DNA from: Octopus vulgaris | Lineage: Eukaryota | NCBI GenBank assembly: GCA_951406725.2 | Contig: OX597819.1 | Location: 89,218,001 to 89,282,000 of the forward strand | Direction: 5' to 3' | DNA: 64,000 nucleotides | Shown: piece by piece, positions 38,216 to 52,835 of the stretch | Position numbering within the stretch: the first letter of the stretch is position 1 | How the letters are laid out: the number at the start of each line of letters is the position of its first letter | Position numbers and translations under genes: made by a program | The notes under the pieces: generated by a model | Told to the model about the DNA's origin: nothing | Databases searched by the model: none | The model's input: only the letters and a program-made list of their open reading frames with translations

Positions 38216-38870
38216 GTGAAGGGCAGATTGTTGGATGCCTGTGTGCAAACAGCTATACTACATGGCAGTGAAACATGGGCTGTGACAGCTGAGAATATAG
38301 GTGTGAAAGAAATGAAGCCAGTATGGTTTGCTAGATGTGCCTGTTTGACAGAGTGTAAGCATCTTGAGATGACCATGGTATAGTCATGGGATGCATGTGG
38401 ATCAGGACAGCTGTGTAAAGAAGTGGTGATCTCAAAACTGTGGAGGGAACCCGTGGTAGAGGTAGACCCAGGAAGACATGGAACGAGGTGGTGAAGCTTG
38501 ATCTTTGAACTTTGAGCCTCACAGAGGCAATGACTAAAGACTGAGACCTTTGATGATGTACTGGGTTTGAGAGGACCCGTCAAGCCAAGAGCACCCATGT
38601 TGGTGACATGTACAGAACACCTTTTGAGGATTGGACCTCACGGAGACAAAATGGCTGAGTTCCTTTTGTGTTGGGCTTCACAGAAGCGATGACCGAGACG
38701 TTTGGCATTATGTTGTGCTTGAGAAGAAGACCCATCAAGCCGAGCAAAATCACAGTCATGGCATATACCAGTGTCACACAAATTGCTACCAGTGCCGGTG
38801 GCACATAAAAGCATCCATTATACTCTCAGAGTGGTTGGTATTAGTAAGGGCATCCAGTTGTAGAAATGCT
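38216..38870 (+). pseudogene. Decayed RTE-LINE 3' fragment
   Basis: RVKGRLLDACVQTAILHGSETWAVTAE..., GRGRPRKTWNEVV, followed by the RTE-type tail. Same family as 19445-20110. Confidence 0.8.
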
Positions 38871-39079
38871 AATATTTCTGCCAGCTCACCGTGCATAAAC
38901 ACAGAATGAAATATTTCATGTTGTTTGTGATTCCATTGCTTTGTATTATCAGATGAGAATGGTCATAAGTTTGAAAACTGTCTGAAAACTAAATTCTGTC
39001 AGTTATATTTTAATAAGCACTAACTTTTTAATAATAATAATTTGATGTGTGTGTACATTTTTTGGAACACCCTGTATAA

Positions 39080-39110
<31 letters not shown>

Positions 39111-39336
39111 TACATCCCCCCCCCCATAATACACACATACACACACACATATATATGGCTATAAGACTTACAAGAATTCAACAGAGTACATCTCAGCTCA
39201 TTTAGGTTAAAGTGCTTCATTAATAATTATAGGTATAATTATAAATTTCTTGAGGCTATGACATAACTCTGACATGAAGAAATGAACAGAAAGGAAAAAA
39301 AATATCTTTTATAAACCAGAGCAAAACAGTATAAGC

Positions 39337-39423
<87 letters not shown>

Positions 39424-39804
39424 ACTACTACTACTACTACTACTACTACGACGACAACGACGACGACGGCGACGACGACAACGTCATTGTCTCTTCTGCA
39501 ATAAACATATGTTTCTATAAGCACTCACATTTTCAGATAGTATCAAAAAATCCCTTGGACCAATGAAAAAATAGCAGCTGATCATGTGGGATTTGATATA
39601 AACCTGACAAAGGACAAAAGGACTGAGACAAGCAGATTTATATCCAACTATATTAATATTGCTAATATCATCATTACTGTCATCATCATCATTGCTCACA
39701 TCAACATTTTAACATCTACTTTTCTATGCTTGCAAGTGTATATACATACATATACATATATAGAAACACATATTAAATATATATATATATATTTTATATA
39801 TATA

Positions 39805-40249
39805 GGCGTTAGGAGTGGCTGTGTGGTAAGTATAGGCGTAGGAGTGGCTGTGTGGTAAGTTGCTTGCTTATGAACCACATGGTTCCAGGTTCAGTCCCAC
39901 TGTGTGGAACCTCAGGCAAGTGTCTTCTGCTATAGCCTAGGGCCAACAAAAGCCTTGTGAGTGGATTTGGTAGACATAAACTGAAAGAAGCCCATTGTAT
40001 ATATGTATATATGTATATATATATATATATTTTATATATTTTTGTGTCTGTGTTTGTCCCCCCAACATTGCTTGACAACCGATGCTGGTGTGTTTACATC
40101 CCTGTAATTTAGTGGTTCAGCAAAACAGACTGATAGAATAAGTACAAAGCTTACAAAGAATAAGTCCTGGAATCGATTTGCTCGACTAAAGGTGGTGCTC
40201 CAGCATGGCCACAGTCAAATGACTGAAACAAGTAAAAGAGTAAAAGAGA
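39805..40249 (+). mobile_element. SINE family A with a 30-bp duplicated head
   Basis: TATAGGCGT(T)AGGAGTGGCTGTGTGGTAAGT occurs twice, followed by the full element. Confidence 0.85.
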
Positions 40250-40796
40250 TAGTATATATATATATACATATAGAATTAAGAGACAGAACCTCCATTAAGT
40301 AATTCAAATTAATAATGAAAGATATTATCTATAATAAAATATAAATTTAAATATATTATTATTAACATTGTACTAAAAAATTTCTATACTGATTAATACA
40401 CATTAAAACGACATTATTATTAATATTGTATTAAATATTTCTATACTAAATGATACACATTAAAAAAATACACATGAAAGCGATGGTGCTCGTTTCGTGA
40501 CTGTGTATACAAATCTATGATATCAAAATCAATAATCTCAAAAATTAATATTTCTTCAATCCAACGATACATAGCCACTCTTCAGGTCTCAATAACATAA
40601 AATAAATTTACAACATAAATGAAGACGTTATAATTACAATATACATTTATAAATAATTGATAAGATTTAACAGTATTAAAGAAAAGTAGGAGCATATATA
40701 TATCTGTATATGTTTATGTATGTGTGTGTCTGTGTTTGTCTCTCCCTATCACTGTTTGACAACTGATGCTGGTGTGTTTATGTCCCTGTAACTCCT

Positions 40797-41244
40797 ACTT
40801 AATGTCTTTGTGCAACATACTTCTGTGAATTCAGTCATTTTGAGTTGATCAATGATGGCTCCTCTCATCAATCTGCTAGGGTTGTTGTTATGATATCCTG
40901 GGCCTGCACGATGAACATGGCTGTTGTGATGATGTCTGAGAACAGAGAATGATATTTTTATTTTGGTTGCAAACGACATGCCGCTACCAGAGGACTCCAG
41001 AGCTCTTTTCCAACACTGAATGTTGTATTGAGAAAGCCATATTCAAGAAGCTATCATCCCTTGAATTGGAATGGCTGTTGGTTAGAAATGTAAGAATCGT
41101 ATGCCTTTTCATTTCCTGTGTCAGGCTGGAATCTGTTTGGCTTATGCTGTCTTTATATATGAAAGAGAAGCTAGAAAGCATATCTTGTTACATTACATTA
41201 GACTGTCCTTCATTTATAGCTTGAAGTTCACAAATGCCTGGCAC

Positions 41245-41249
<5 letters not shown>
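40797..41249 (-). pseudogene. Highly decayed Tc1/mariner-superfamily transposase N-terminus (possibly DD37D/maT)
   Basis: Stitched frames LTQEMKRHTIL...SFLNMA...SDIITTAMFIVQAQDII...NPSRLMR resemble an HTH region. The element ends in (TA)n. Confidence 0.45.
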
Positions 41250-41330
<81 letters not shown>

Positions 41331-42119
41331 TTAGGAGTAAATCCAAACTTATAGGGAAAAATTAGATTTAGATTAAATCTAATTTTATAGTATAAATTAT
41401 TAATTTAAATATTTTTAAAATTTTAACTTTAAATTTAAATAATTTAAATTTTGAATTTTATATTTTATATATTTTTTATTAATTAATTTTATTTCTATGT
41501 ATTGGTTTATATTTTCACTGTTTGATTTGCCTAATAGATCTCTAATTTAATATATATATATATATATGTATGTATATATATATAATTCACAGATGAGATC
41601 CAAATATTTATCATATCGAAGACGCTTAGTAGTGCTCAAAAGGTTCAAACTTAGACTCCTGTTAAGCTGTCCAACCCATGCCAGCATGGAAAATTGATAT
41701 TGGATGATGGTGATGATGATATATATGTATATGAATATATATCTATATATCTATATATATATATATATATGCATACACGTGCATGTGTATGTGTGTGTAT
41801 GTGTATATATATATATTTGTGTATATAAGGAAAGAAAGGCACAAGAAGAGAGTGAGAGAGAAAAGAAAGGAGGGAGAAAAAAAGATAAAAAGGGAGTGAT
41901 GAGTGAGATATAGAGAGGGTGTGATTTGTGTATTTGGAAACATTGATTCTGATATGGACTTACGACAATTACCATTCCAAACAAAGCATCTCAAAACACT
42001 TATAAGTATTCCAGCCTGAATAACGGATGTTAAAATGATGACGATCATAGTGACTGCAATGCTATTGACGAGGTGGACAACGATGGCAACATTAGTGATG
42101 TTGCTACCGCTTCTGCTGC

Positions 42120-42287
42120 TATTGATGATGACGATGACGAAGATGATGACGAAGATGATGATGATGGTGATGATGATGATGATGGCGATGGTGATGGTAA
42201 TGGTGATAGCGATGTTGCTGCTGCAGTATGAAGACAATGACGATGACAATGATGATGATGATGGTGATGATGATGATGATGATGACA

Positions 42288-42326
<39 letters not shown>

Positions 42327-42447
42327 GTAATGGTGATGGTGATGTTAATGGTGATAGTGACGCTGCTGCAGCATGAAGATGATGGTGATGACAATGATGA
42401 TGATGATGATGATGATGATGACGATGACAATGACAATAATGATGATG
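42120..42447. repeat. (GAT)n compound microsatellite
   Basis: Direct reading. Confidence 0.95.
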
Positions 42448-42578
42448 TGAAGGAAGAGGAGGATGTAAAACTTGAGAGGTAACAAAAAATCTGATCATAT
42501 CATTGGTTAAGTTACACTTTCTCTAGTGTCTGTTCATCTTCCTGTCAGTCTATAAAGGTTATCAATCTGTGGCTTTGA

Positions 42579-42616
<38 letters not shown>

Positions 42617-42961
42617 CATAAACATGGACGTACATTCCAAATTTCTATGTGATCGAGGGGAAAACTATTTCCAGCGAAACCATATTTGCAAAGTCATCAA
42701 ACAAAAGCGAAGGACAAATATTCTCTGAAAAGAACACCGTCTTAATAAAGAGATTCTTACGGACAGTTTTGTGCTGCTTTGTCCAAAATTGAGGAGGAAA
42801 AGCAGTACATTATCAAGACTGCTCCATTTGATGTCAAGAAAATATATTTTATTGACAACAGTCTTTCTTCGTAAATGACCGAACATTGTTTCTCTCGGTC
42901 ACATTGCTTCAAATCAGCATCATCATTGTTGTTGTCATCATCATACTCATCATTTTCTTCT

Positions 42962-42992
<31 letters not shown>

Positions 42993-43134
42993 TTTCTACT
43001 CCTCCTAATCCTCTCCCTCCTCATATTCTCCTCCTCATCCTCATCCTCTTCCTCCAGATTTTTCTGTTTCTTTTCTCAATCCATCACTTGAGTGGATAAA
43101 AATGCATATATATATATATATATATATATATCTT

Positions 43135-43765
43135 TCTCTTTTACTTGTTTCAGTCATTTGACTGCGGCCATGCTGGAGCACCGCCTTTAGTCGAGCAAAT
43201 CGACCCCGGGACTTATTCTTTGTAAGCCCAGTACTTATTCTATCGGTCTCTTTTTGCCGAACCGCTAAGTGACGGGGACATAAACACACCAGCATCGGTT
43301 GTCAAGCAATGCTAGGGGTAAAAACACAGACACACAAACATATACGCACACATACATATATATATACATATATACGACAGGCTTCTTTCAGTTTCCGTCT
43401 CAAATCCACTCACAAGGCATTGGTTGGCTCGGGGCTATAGCAGAAGACACTTGCCCAAGATGCCACGCAGTGGGACTGAACCCGGAACCATGTGGTTGGT
43501 AAGCAAGCTACTTACCACACAGCCACTCCTACTTACCACACAGCCACTCCTGATATATGTATATCTTTATTGCCCACAAGGGGCTAAACATAGAGGGGAC
43601 AAACAAGGACAGACAAAGGGATTAAGTCGATTAGATCAACCCCAGTGCGTAAATGGTACTTTATTTATCGACTCCGAAAGGATGAAAGGCAAAGTCGACC
43701 TTGGCGGGATTTGAACTACCGCTAAGCATTTCACCCGGCATGCTAACATTTCTGCCAGCTCGCCT
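43135..43765 (-). mobile_element. SINE family A (43135-43550) next to family B (43566-43765)
   Basis: Colinear with other copies. Includes a 21-bp duplication CTACTTACCACACAGCCACTC in the family A head. Confidence 0.85.
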
Positions 43766-44909
43766 TATGTGTGTGTGTGTGTGTGTGTGTGTGATCGTGT
43801 GTGCATGTGTGTGTGATTGTGTGTGCATATGTGTGTGTGTAATTGCGTATATGTGTGAGTGATTGTGTGTATGGATGTGTGTCCATATGTGTATATGTGT
43901 GTGATTAGGTGTGTGCATGTGCGTGTGTGTATGTGTCTGTGTTTTAATGTGTGTATGAGTGAGTAGTGTGTGAGTGTGAGTGTGCCTGTATTAAACATTA
44001 TTAAACACCCATCTGGACACAGTCAAACAAAGTCTGAAGCATGGAGGTTGATGCTTTCACAGCACAACATTGCACAGTTTACCTTCACATCAAATAACTA
44101 CAAAAGTGTTAAAATTGTTAAAAGCATTTAACTATAGAATTTAGTTTTCCAATAAATATCTTATGGAGATGTACTTGCATAGCGGAGGTGCTAGATTCCC
44201 TTGTTTCAAAATATAAGGACACAGATCATGTTATATAGCCAGCTGGAGACAATGTTTCGTGGGGCTAAATTACAGCAACATTCGTCGTAAACCAGGACTG
44301 CCATGTTATGTTGGCAAATAATCTTTACTTCATTTCACGTTGCTCTACAATCACTCTGACACCTGACACATGGTAGACTGTGCACCTGTTCAGGCAACAT
44401 CGATTTGATGGAGACAGTGAGCTAACGTGTGGCACAAGCATTTGATCACTTTAAACAAAACATCTGCACAGGTCATTTGGCAAAAGCTGAGCTCTCATAT
44501 GTCATCTTCGATAGGAGAATCCATACCTGTTTTATAAACGTAAAGTTTATAAAAAGAGTGCAATGAGCTTGCCATGGGGAGTGGAAAATCTAATAGAGTC
44601 CTTCCTTCATCAGGAAAAAGTTGACAAAAGAGAATTTAATGGGAGACAACAGTTTTACACTTTCTGAGTCAGGAAAACTGGCTGCAACTGATGAGGAACA
44701 CAGCATCACAGGAGCTTCATGTGTGAACAAGAAGTGGTAAGAGACAGAAACAGGGTGAGAGAAGTCAAAGGAGAGAGTTTCTGTCTATCAAATTCACTCA
44801 GCAGGCTTTGATCACTATAGAAGAAGAGATTTGCCCAAGGTACTGCACAGTGGGACAGAACTCAAAACCACATGGTTGCAAAGTGAACTTCTTAAACACA
44901 CAGCTATGT

Positions 44910-45690
44910 ATTTTCTTCATCGTGTTATCTCATTCATTTCCTTCTTTAATGTTCCTTTTCTCATTTTCCTTCTTATTATCTTCCCAATATTTTCATATTT
45001 TCTCCATCTTTTTTCATAAGTTTATCTTCATCTTTCTTTTTTCTTCATTGTCTTTTTCCTCTTCGTTATTTTCTTTCCCATTTCCTTCCTCTACTTTCTT
45101 TTATATTTTCTTCTTCATCATTCCTTCCTACTTTTTCTTCCTCATTTCCCATCTTTTTTCTTCTACATCATTCTTTTTACTTATCCCTGTCTTCATTTCT
45201 TATATTCTTGATCTTCCATCTTTCTTTTCTCTTCTTCATTCTTTTCTTTCATCTTTCATCTTTCATCTTTCTTCCTTTATATATTGTTCTTCACCCTCCT
45301 TCATGCTTTTTCTTCTTCATATTCCTTTTCATCATCCTTTTCTTTCTTATCTCCGTCTTCCTTCTTCTGTTCTTGATTTTCCACCTTTTATTCTTCTTTA
45401 TCATTTTTTTCTCTCCTTCATCTTTCTTCTTTCTTAATATCTCCAACTTCCTTTTATTTTTCATTACACCTCTTTCATCATTCTTTCTCTTATCTTCTTT
45501 ACTCTCCTCTTCTCCATATTCCTTATATCTTTCATCTTTTCCTTTACCTAATTCATTCCTCTACTTCTTCCTCATATTTCCTTACACACTTCATCTACTT
45601 CGTTTTCTTCCTCCTCCTCCAACTTCTTCCTTTTTCTCCCCTCCCCCATTCTTTCTTCTTCTTCTTCCTCCCCACACCCTCTATCTCTAA
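44910..45690 (+). repeat. About 780-bp low-complexity polypyrimidine tract
   Basis: Almost no G on the plus strand; source of the F/S/L-rich ORFs. Confidence 0.9.
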
Positions 45691-46039
45691 CTACAGCCTC
45701 TGTCTGTCATAGCTCGCTTTTGACCTCTCTTTGATAAGTTAGAAATGCCATTTAAGCACTACAGGATTAAGTGTTACCAAAATTCTTCAATTGAACCCAC
45801 TCAAAGCACTTCTCTACACACTTCTGCTAACATCAAAAATTCTTTGATTTCTGTCTGTCTGCCTGCCTGTCTGGCTTGCTTTCTTTCTGTTTGCTTGGCA
45901 GTTTTCTTTTTTTTTTCTTTCTTTCTTTCGTTTTTAATGTTTTTCTACATTTTGTATTCTTCTTTGATACTCTATTGCTTTATGCGAGTGTGTGTGTGTG
46001 TGCAGGGGCATGCTTGTACATGAGTGTGTGTGTATACAT

Positions 46040-46830
<791 letters not shown>

Positions 46831-47140
46831 ACTGAGAGAGAGAGAGAGTGAGAAAAAGAGAGAGTTATGCATGTGTCTATAGTTATGTATAATCATTATT
46901 TTATTTGCTTGTGTTTGTGTGCATATTTATATTAAAGTGTGTGTGTGCGCTTGCAAATAAATCATTGAATAAGCTAGCATATGACAGAAAGGATGCAATA
47001 CACTTAATATTTAAATATGTTCATGAATATAGAAAAGTCAGTGTTCCTGTTGATTGTAACAAAAATAGCAAAAACAATAACAATAATGTCAAGCTCCACA
47101 AATCTTCCAGGACAAGTTTTGTTTTCTAGGCTGTGGTTTT

Positions 47141-47358
47141 CAGGACACCAAAAAAAACGTCGAACACAATGAGAAATGAAAATATAAACACAAAACCAAG
47201 AAAATGGACATTTTTCTTAAACAACGAAAAAATAGAGTATGGGACATACAACACACGGTCTTGACCTTCGAAATGTAGAGTAGATGAAACAGAGGCGACT
47301 GAAGAAGGGGAATTTTCCTTGTGTTGTATGTCCTGTACTCTATATTTTTGGTGTCCTG
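47141..47358. repeat. Inverted-repeat element
   Basis: ATAGAGTATGGGACATACAACAC / GTGTTGTATGTCCTGTACTCTAT and CAGGACACCAAAAA / TTTTTGGTGTCCTG. Confidence 0.7.
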
Positions 47359-47484
47359 TACCCATATATGCATGTATATATACATGTAGATGTAGGTACG
47401 TACATATATGTATGCATATATGCATATGTTTTATTTATTAATTTGTTAGTGTATATATATATATGTGTGTGTGTGTGTGTATAT

Positions 47485-47959
47485 TCTTTTAGTTGTCACA
47501 GTCGTTTTGACTGTGGCCATGCTGGAGCACCACCTTAAAAAGTTTTTTCTAGTCAAAGAAATCAACCCCAGGACTTATTCTTTGTAAGTCTAGTACTTAT
47601 TCTACCAGTCTTTTTTGCTGAACCACTACGTTACAGGGACAAACACATTCCAGCACTGGTTGTCAAGTGATGGTGCAGGGACAAATACAGACAACTATGC
47701 ATAAATATATATATACATGCACACATAGATAGACAGTTTGTGCCATTTATTCCATGGGCTCCTTGTGAGCGTTTGTCGAAAAGCTTGCTGTGCATTTTGT
47801 TGGAGAATTAAGTTCCTGGATTTTCCTGAAGAGAAGGCTGCAAAATGGACTCCTTATTCAATCCGAATTAGGGACTTTGCAGCCTTTGAAACATATGTAG
47901 AAAATAATAAAAAGGAATTTTGTTAAATCTTCGTTCAGCTCCATTTCTTCCTACACTAA

Positions 47960-48011
<52 letters not shown>

Positions 48012-48148
48012 GGCGTCTTTCAGTTTCCATCTACCAAATCCACTCACAAGGCTCTGGTTGGCCTGAAGGCTATAGTAGAAGACACTTGCCTAAGGTGCCA
48101 TGCAGTAGCACTGAACCCAGAACCATGTGGTTGGGAAGCAAGCTTCAT
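47485..48148 (-). mobile_element. SINE family A split by an about 225-bp hammerhead-bearing insert (about 47735-47960)
   Basis: Tail at 47485-47700 and head at 48010-48148. Confidence 0.8.
47812..47918 (+). ncRNA. Type I hammerhead ribozyme, apparently intact
   Basis: AUUUUC CUGAAGA GAAGGCUGCAAA...UUUGCAGCCUUU GAAA CAUAUG UA GAAAAU. 6-bp stem I, 12-bp stem II, palindromic ACAUAUGU stem III, GUA triplet. Confidence 0.85.
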
Positions 48149-48899
48149 ACTATTGAATTTCTGGTTATGTTTTGTGTATTTTAGAGAAATCCTCCTGGAA
48201 TGGATGAAGTGCCTCTTAGTACTGCTCTGTATCATATTGGAACAACATGTGAGAGATAACTTTTGGTGTCTGAGTACCTAGCCAAATTTCCATGTCTAGT
48301 GCTATAGTCACATGTTATAATGACAGATTAATGTACATTGAGGTGTTGGAATGTGATTATGTTTTGCTGACACAGGAGAAAAATATATCAGAATATACAG
48401 ACTACTTGCAAAAATTTTAATTTTTTTATTTTTATTTTTATTTCTGTATGTAAGCATATAGATATGTAAATAAAAGGATCAATATACAGATGGAGAGGTA
48501 TATAGACTATATGAACAGACACATATGGAGACACGGATCCAAACATATAAAGATGCACATCCATACATACGAACATGGTACATAGTTGCATAACACACAC
48601 ACACACACACACACACAGACATGCACACACAAGGAGACAGAGGTGCATACATATACAAACACATGCTCACACACACATACATAGAAAATACACAAACACG
48701 GACATGCAAGCACATAAATATGCAGGATACGTACATACAGATGCACACACATACATATATACATATGCATACACACACATATATACATACATACACATGC
48801 AAACACACACACACATACATACGTACATGCCTGCATGTATAGGCACACACACACACTCACACTGACCCACACACATGCGCACAAACAAACAAAGGGGGA

Positions 48900-49456
48900 T
48901 TGCAGTGTAAAATGTGAGGCTAACCCCATTTTTGCGACTCAAAAGGGGCTATACTGGAAGACTACCTGGAAAAGGGGTGTACGATCAACAGTGCAAGATA
49001 CAGTGCTTTGCTGGCCAACAAACCAAAGCCAGTATTTTGCACCAAACACTGAAGCCTATTGTTGAAGAAAGTTTTGTTTGGTCATGACGATGCACACCCA
49101 CACACAGCCACCTTGACCATTGAAACCATTAACTAATTGGATTTTGAGGTGCTGGAACACCCTGCCTATAGCCCAGATCTCACTGCTTCAAACTATCATA
49201 TCTTTGGATTGCTCCAAGATGGTTTACGAGGTCATCGATTTCCTATGGATAAAGATGTGAGGGAAGCAGTGCATAAATGGTTGCATGACCAACCAAAGAC
49301 CTTCTTGGAGGGAATATGCAAGCTTGTGGACCACTGGACCAAGTGCATCGAAAAGGAAAGAGACTATATAGGAGAATGATGGGCTTGCTTGTTCCCTACT
49401 TTTGTGTAAATACATGGAAAAAACAAGAGTGCATATAGTTTTTGACTATCCCTCAT
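48900..49456 (+). pseudogene. Mariner (DD34D) transposase C-terminal relic with right TIR
   Basis: HDDAHPHTA...LEHPAYSPDLTASNYHIF...GICKLVDHWTKCIE..DY. Ends TTTTTGACTATCCCTCATA. Confidence 0.85.
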
Positions 49457-51195
49457 ACATTAAGTATGTGTTGTTGATAATGTTTGAGATTTTATGTTTA
49501 TGCCAAGTTGTTTTCAATAAAATCTCCTTCTATTTGTAGAATATACATCTTAAAGTGCACTGGCTGTGAGGCTGACTGAAGACTTGTGAAGCTCAGGTCC
49601 AGATGTTGGTTTTCTTGTCTAGTAGTGCTGACAGGATTAACCATTGCAGTGATGTGTAATTGAATATACTTGGACAAGTGTAAACAAATATAAAATTTCA
49701 GTTTTTTTCATTACTCCATGAATGGAACAGAAAAAATGGAGGTTGGCTTGATCTGGTTTGATCTTAGTTGGGACATCTTCAGATATGACACACCCATCAT
49801 TGCTTGCGCAGGGAGAAAGATACTGCTTGTAACTATCTGTAGCCACTAAATATAATAACTTCAATAAATTGGTTAATCTGATTTGCATAAATAGTGCTTG
49901 TAGTGGTCATATAGCCAAATATTTAATTATTGATGCACTAAATATTATTTTCAATATTATGCAGTGTGTGTGTCATAATCATCATCATCATCATCGTTTA
50001 ATGTTTGATTTCCATGCTGGCATGGGTTGGACAGTTTGACTGAGAACAGGCAGGCCAGGAGGCTGCACCAGGCTCCAATCTGATTTGGCAAGGTAGCTGG
50101 ATGTCCTTCCTAACGCCAACCATTCCAAGAGTGTAGCGGATGCTTTTTACATGCCACTGTGTATATATATATATATATCTTTGAATTTAACATAAATATA
50201 TACCTTAACAAATGTCATTTTTGTCTCTCCATAGACAGAGAAAGGACCCAGACCTTAGTTTGGGGGTTTATTCAGGGGTAACACACCTACCTTTGCCTAG
50301 AGAGAAATATGTATTTCTTATAGTTATTTATAGTCACAAAATATTATGACTTCACTAAATCAATTAGTCTCACTTGCATAAATAATACTTTCACAGGCTG
50401 CATAGTCAATTATTTAATAATTGATGAACTAAATAGCAATAATTAAATAAATATCTATCTGTTTTTAACTGAACTTTTAACATCTATCATCCCTTCACCT
50501 CTTCAAAGGCTGTTGATAGATATCTTTATCTTTAACTTGTTTCAGTCATTGGACTGCAGCCATGCTGGGATACTGCATGAAGGTTTTGAAGGGTTTTAGT
50601 TGAACAGATCGACCTAACCATAGAACTTGTATTGTTTTTAGCTGCTTGGTATTTATTCTATCTTTCTATCTGTCTCTTTTGCAACACTGCTAAGTTATGG
50701 AAACACAAACAAACCACCACTGCTTGGCAAGCAGTGTTAAGGGACAAATACAAAGACATACACACATATGTAAGTATGTATGTATGTATGTACACTTCCA
50801 GGACTTAAACGACATGCAAAGGTACATGAAGCCCAGTTACAACTACAGCCGGCTATTACCAGTAAAGATTTTAGTTGCCAATTTTGTAAAAGACATTGTA
50901 GATCTTTAGCTGGGCTAAAAAGTCACATTCAATCACAGCACCAGTAACAGTTAAGCTTCGTGCAATGGCCATACTCGATAACGAGGGGGCAGCCATAATG
51001 TATGTATGTATGTATGTATGTATGTATGTATGTATGTATGTATGTATGTATGTATGTATGTATGTATGTGTGTGTGTGTATGTATGTATGTAAGTATGTA
51101 TGTATGTATGTATGTATGTATGTATGTATGTACATGTGTGTGAGTGTGTATGTGTATCTATATATGTGTGAGTGTGTATGTATGTATGTATGTAT

Positions 51196-51509
51196 GAGGA
51201 ACATTCTAGTGACGCTGAATATCTTATCTGGCCACCACAGTCCCCAGATCTCAATATTATTGAACATTAATGGTGCATTTTAGAATAACAAGTAAGGTGT
51301 CGATATCCTCCACCAGCATCACTACAAGAACTGGAGATTGTTTTAGCTGAAGAATGGATAAAAATTTCCTTTGGAAACAATTCAAACTTTGTATGAGTCC
51401 ATACCTCATAGAATTCAAGCTGTAATTACTGTCAAAGGTGAACTTACTCCATATTAAAATAAATTTGCTTGAAATTTTAAGGTGTTTCCATTATTTTGTC
51501 CAAACCCTG
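51196..51509 (+). mobile_element. 3' fragment of the same Tc1 family as 34001-35280
   Basis: Reverse complement of about 34001-34312. Encodes WPPQSPDLNIIEH and ends in TIR GTTTCCATTATTTTGTCCAAACCCTG|TA. Confidence 0.9.
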
Positions 51510-52606
51510 TATATTGTTGATGTAAGAATTTAGACACTTAATACAGTGAGAAGTAATGTATATATAAGTACATATGTGTGTGATATGTGTGTATGTCTAT
51601 GTTTGTGTGTGTGTGTGTGGGTTTGTGTTCTTAATTTGACATTACATGATGGTTGTAAATGAGAGTTACACAATGTCAACGTCACTCTTCTATGGAAACA
51701 TGGCAGGAGACAGATGAGGGTTGGCAACAGGAAGAGCATGCTGCCATAGAAAAATCAGCCTCTGAACTCCACCTTCCCCATGCATGCATAGAAAAGTGGC
51801 TGTTATAATGATGATGGTAATGATAACGACGATGACGACGACAATGATGATGATGATGATTTAAGGCTTTAGAAAATCTATATTAATGCTTGAACATCTT
51901 AAAAAAAAACAAAAAATGTTATTCATAATTCTGTTATATGCAAGAATGGTTAATGAAACAAAATAAGTTATAGTTTCCGATATATTTTTGGTTTCTAGTT
52001 TTTTAACATTAAAACCAAGTCTGGTTTAATTTTCCATGCAAAGTCTACCAGTATTTTTCCATTTAATTTCCAGTTCAACAGTAATTTTTTTAATATTTAA
52101 TCTCCAGTGCACCACAATGTCAAAAAGATTAAGAACCCAAGCCACTGGTCTACATCGTTTGTATCTGTTGAAGTAACAGACTATCATCTCAGATACATGA
52201 GCAATACACTATCTCTAATGTGGGTCATAATTATGCTTTGCAGAGGGTCAGCAATTAAAAGTATTAGCCATTAATTTTTTAAATTATATTCATAATTAAA
52301 TTCTCCATGCTAGTTTTCATTGAAGCATAAAATCAAAATCTGATAACTCTAATATATGATTTTTTTTTGGCTTAGTCAGAAGTGGATAGCACCAACTATG
52401 ATCTCTGTAAGGGGTTCTGAGATTAATAGGAAGGGAAGGAGATATAAATTATGACTCATAAATTGTTGCAGTCAGAATGCTTACAATATAGTTAAATGCC
52501 TTGAAAATCACCCAAGAACACCAGTTGATGGTATTTTACTGGATGAACGATTAAGCCTACACTTAAGCGCAGGTGCCTGTTTGATGGGTTTTGTCAAAAT
52601 GTTCAC

Positions 52607-52770
52607 AGGCACAAGCGTAGCTATGTGACAGGAAGCTTGTTTCCCAACTACATGTTTCTGGGTTCAGTCCCACAGCATAGTACCTTTGGCAAGTGTCTTT
52701 TATTATAGCCTCAAGCCAACCAAAACCTTGTGAGTGTGGATTTGGTAGGCAGAAACTGAAAGAAGCCCAT

Positions 52771-52835
<65 letters not shown>

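Noticed and set aside
42620-42900. Unique, complex sequence with a short open frame ending LRTVLCCFVQN*
   Set aside because: No recognisable domain, start or splice support. It could be regulatory or UTR sequence, but this cannot be supported without alignment.
44585-44700. CTGATGA motifs on both strands
   Set aside because: No GAAA correctly placed after a stem II.
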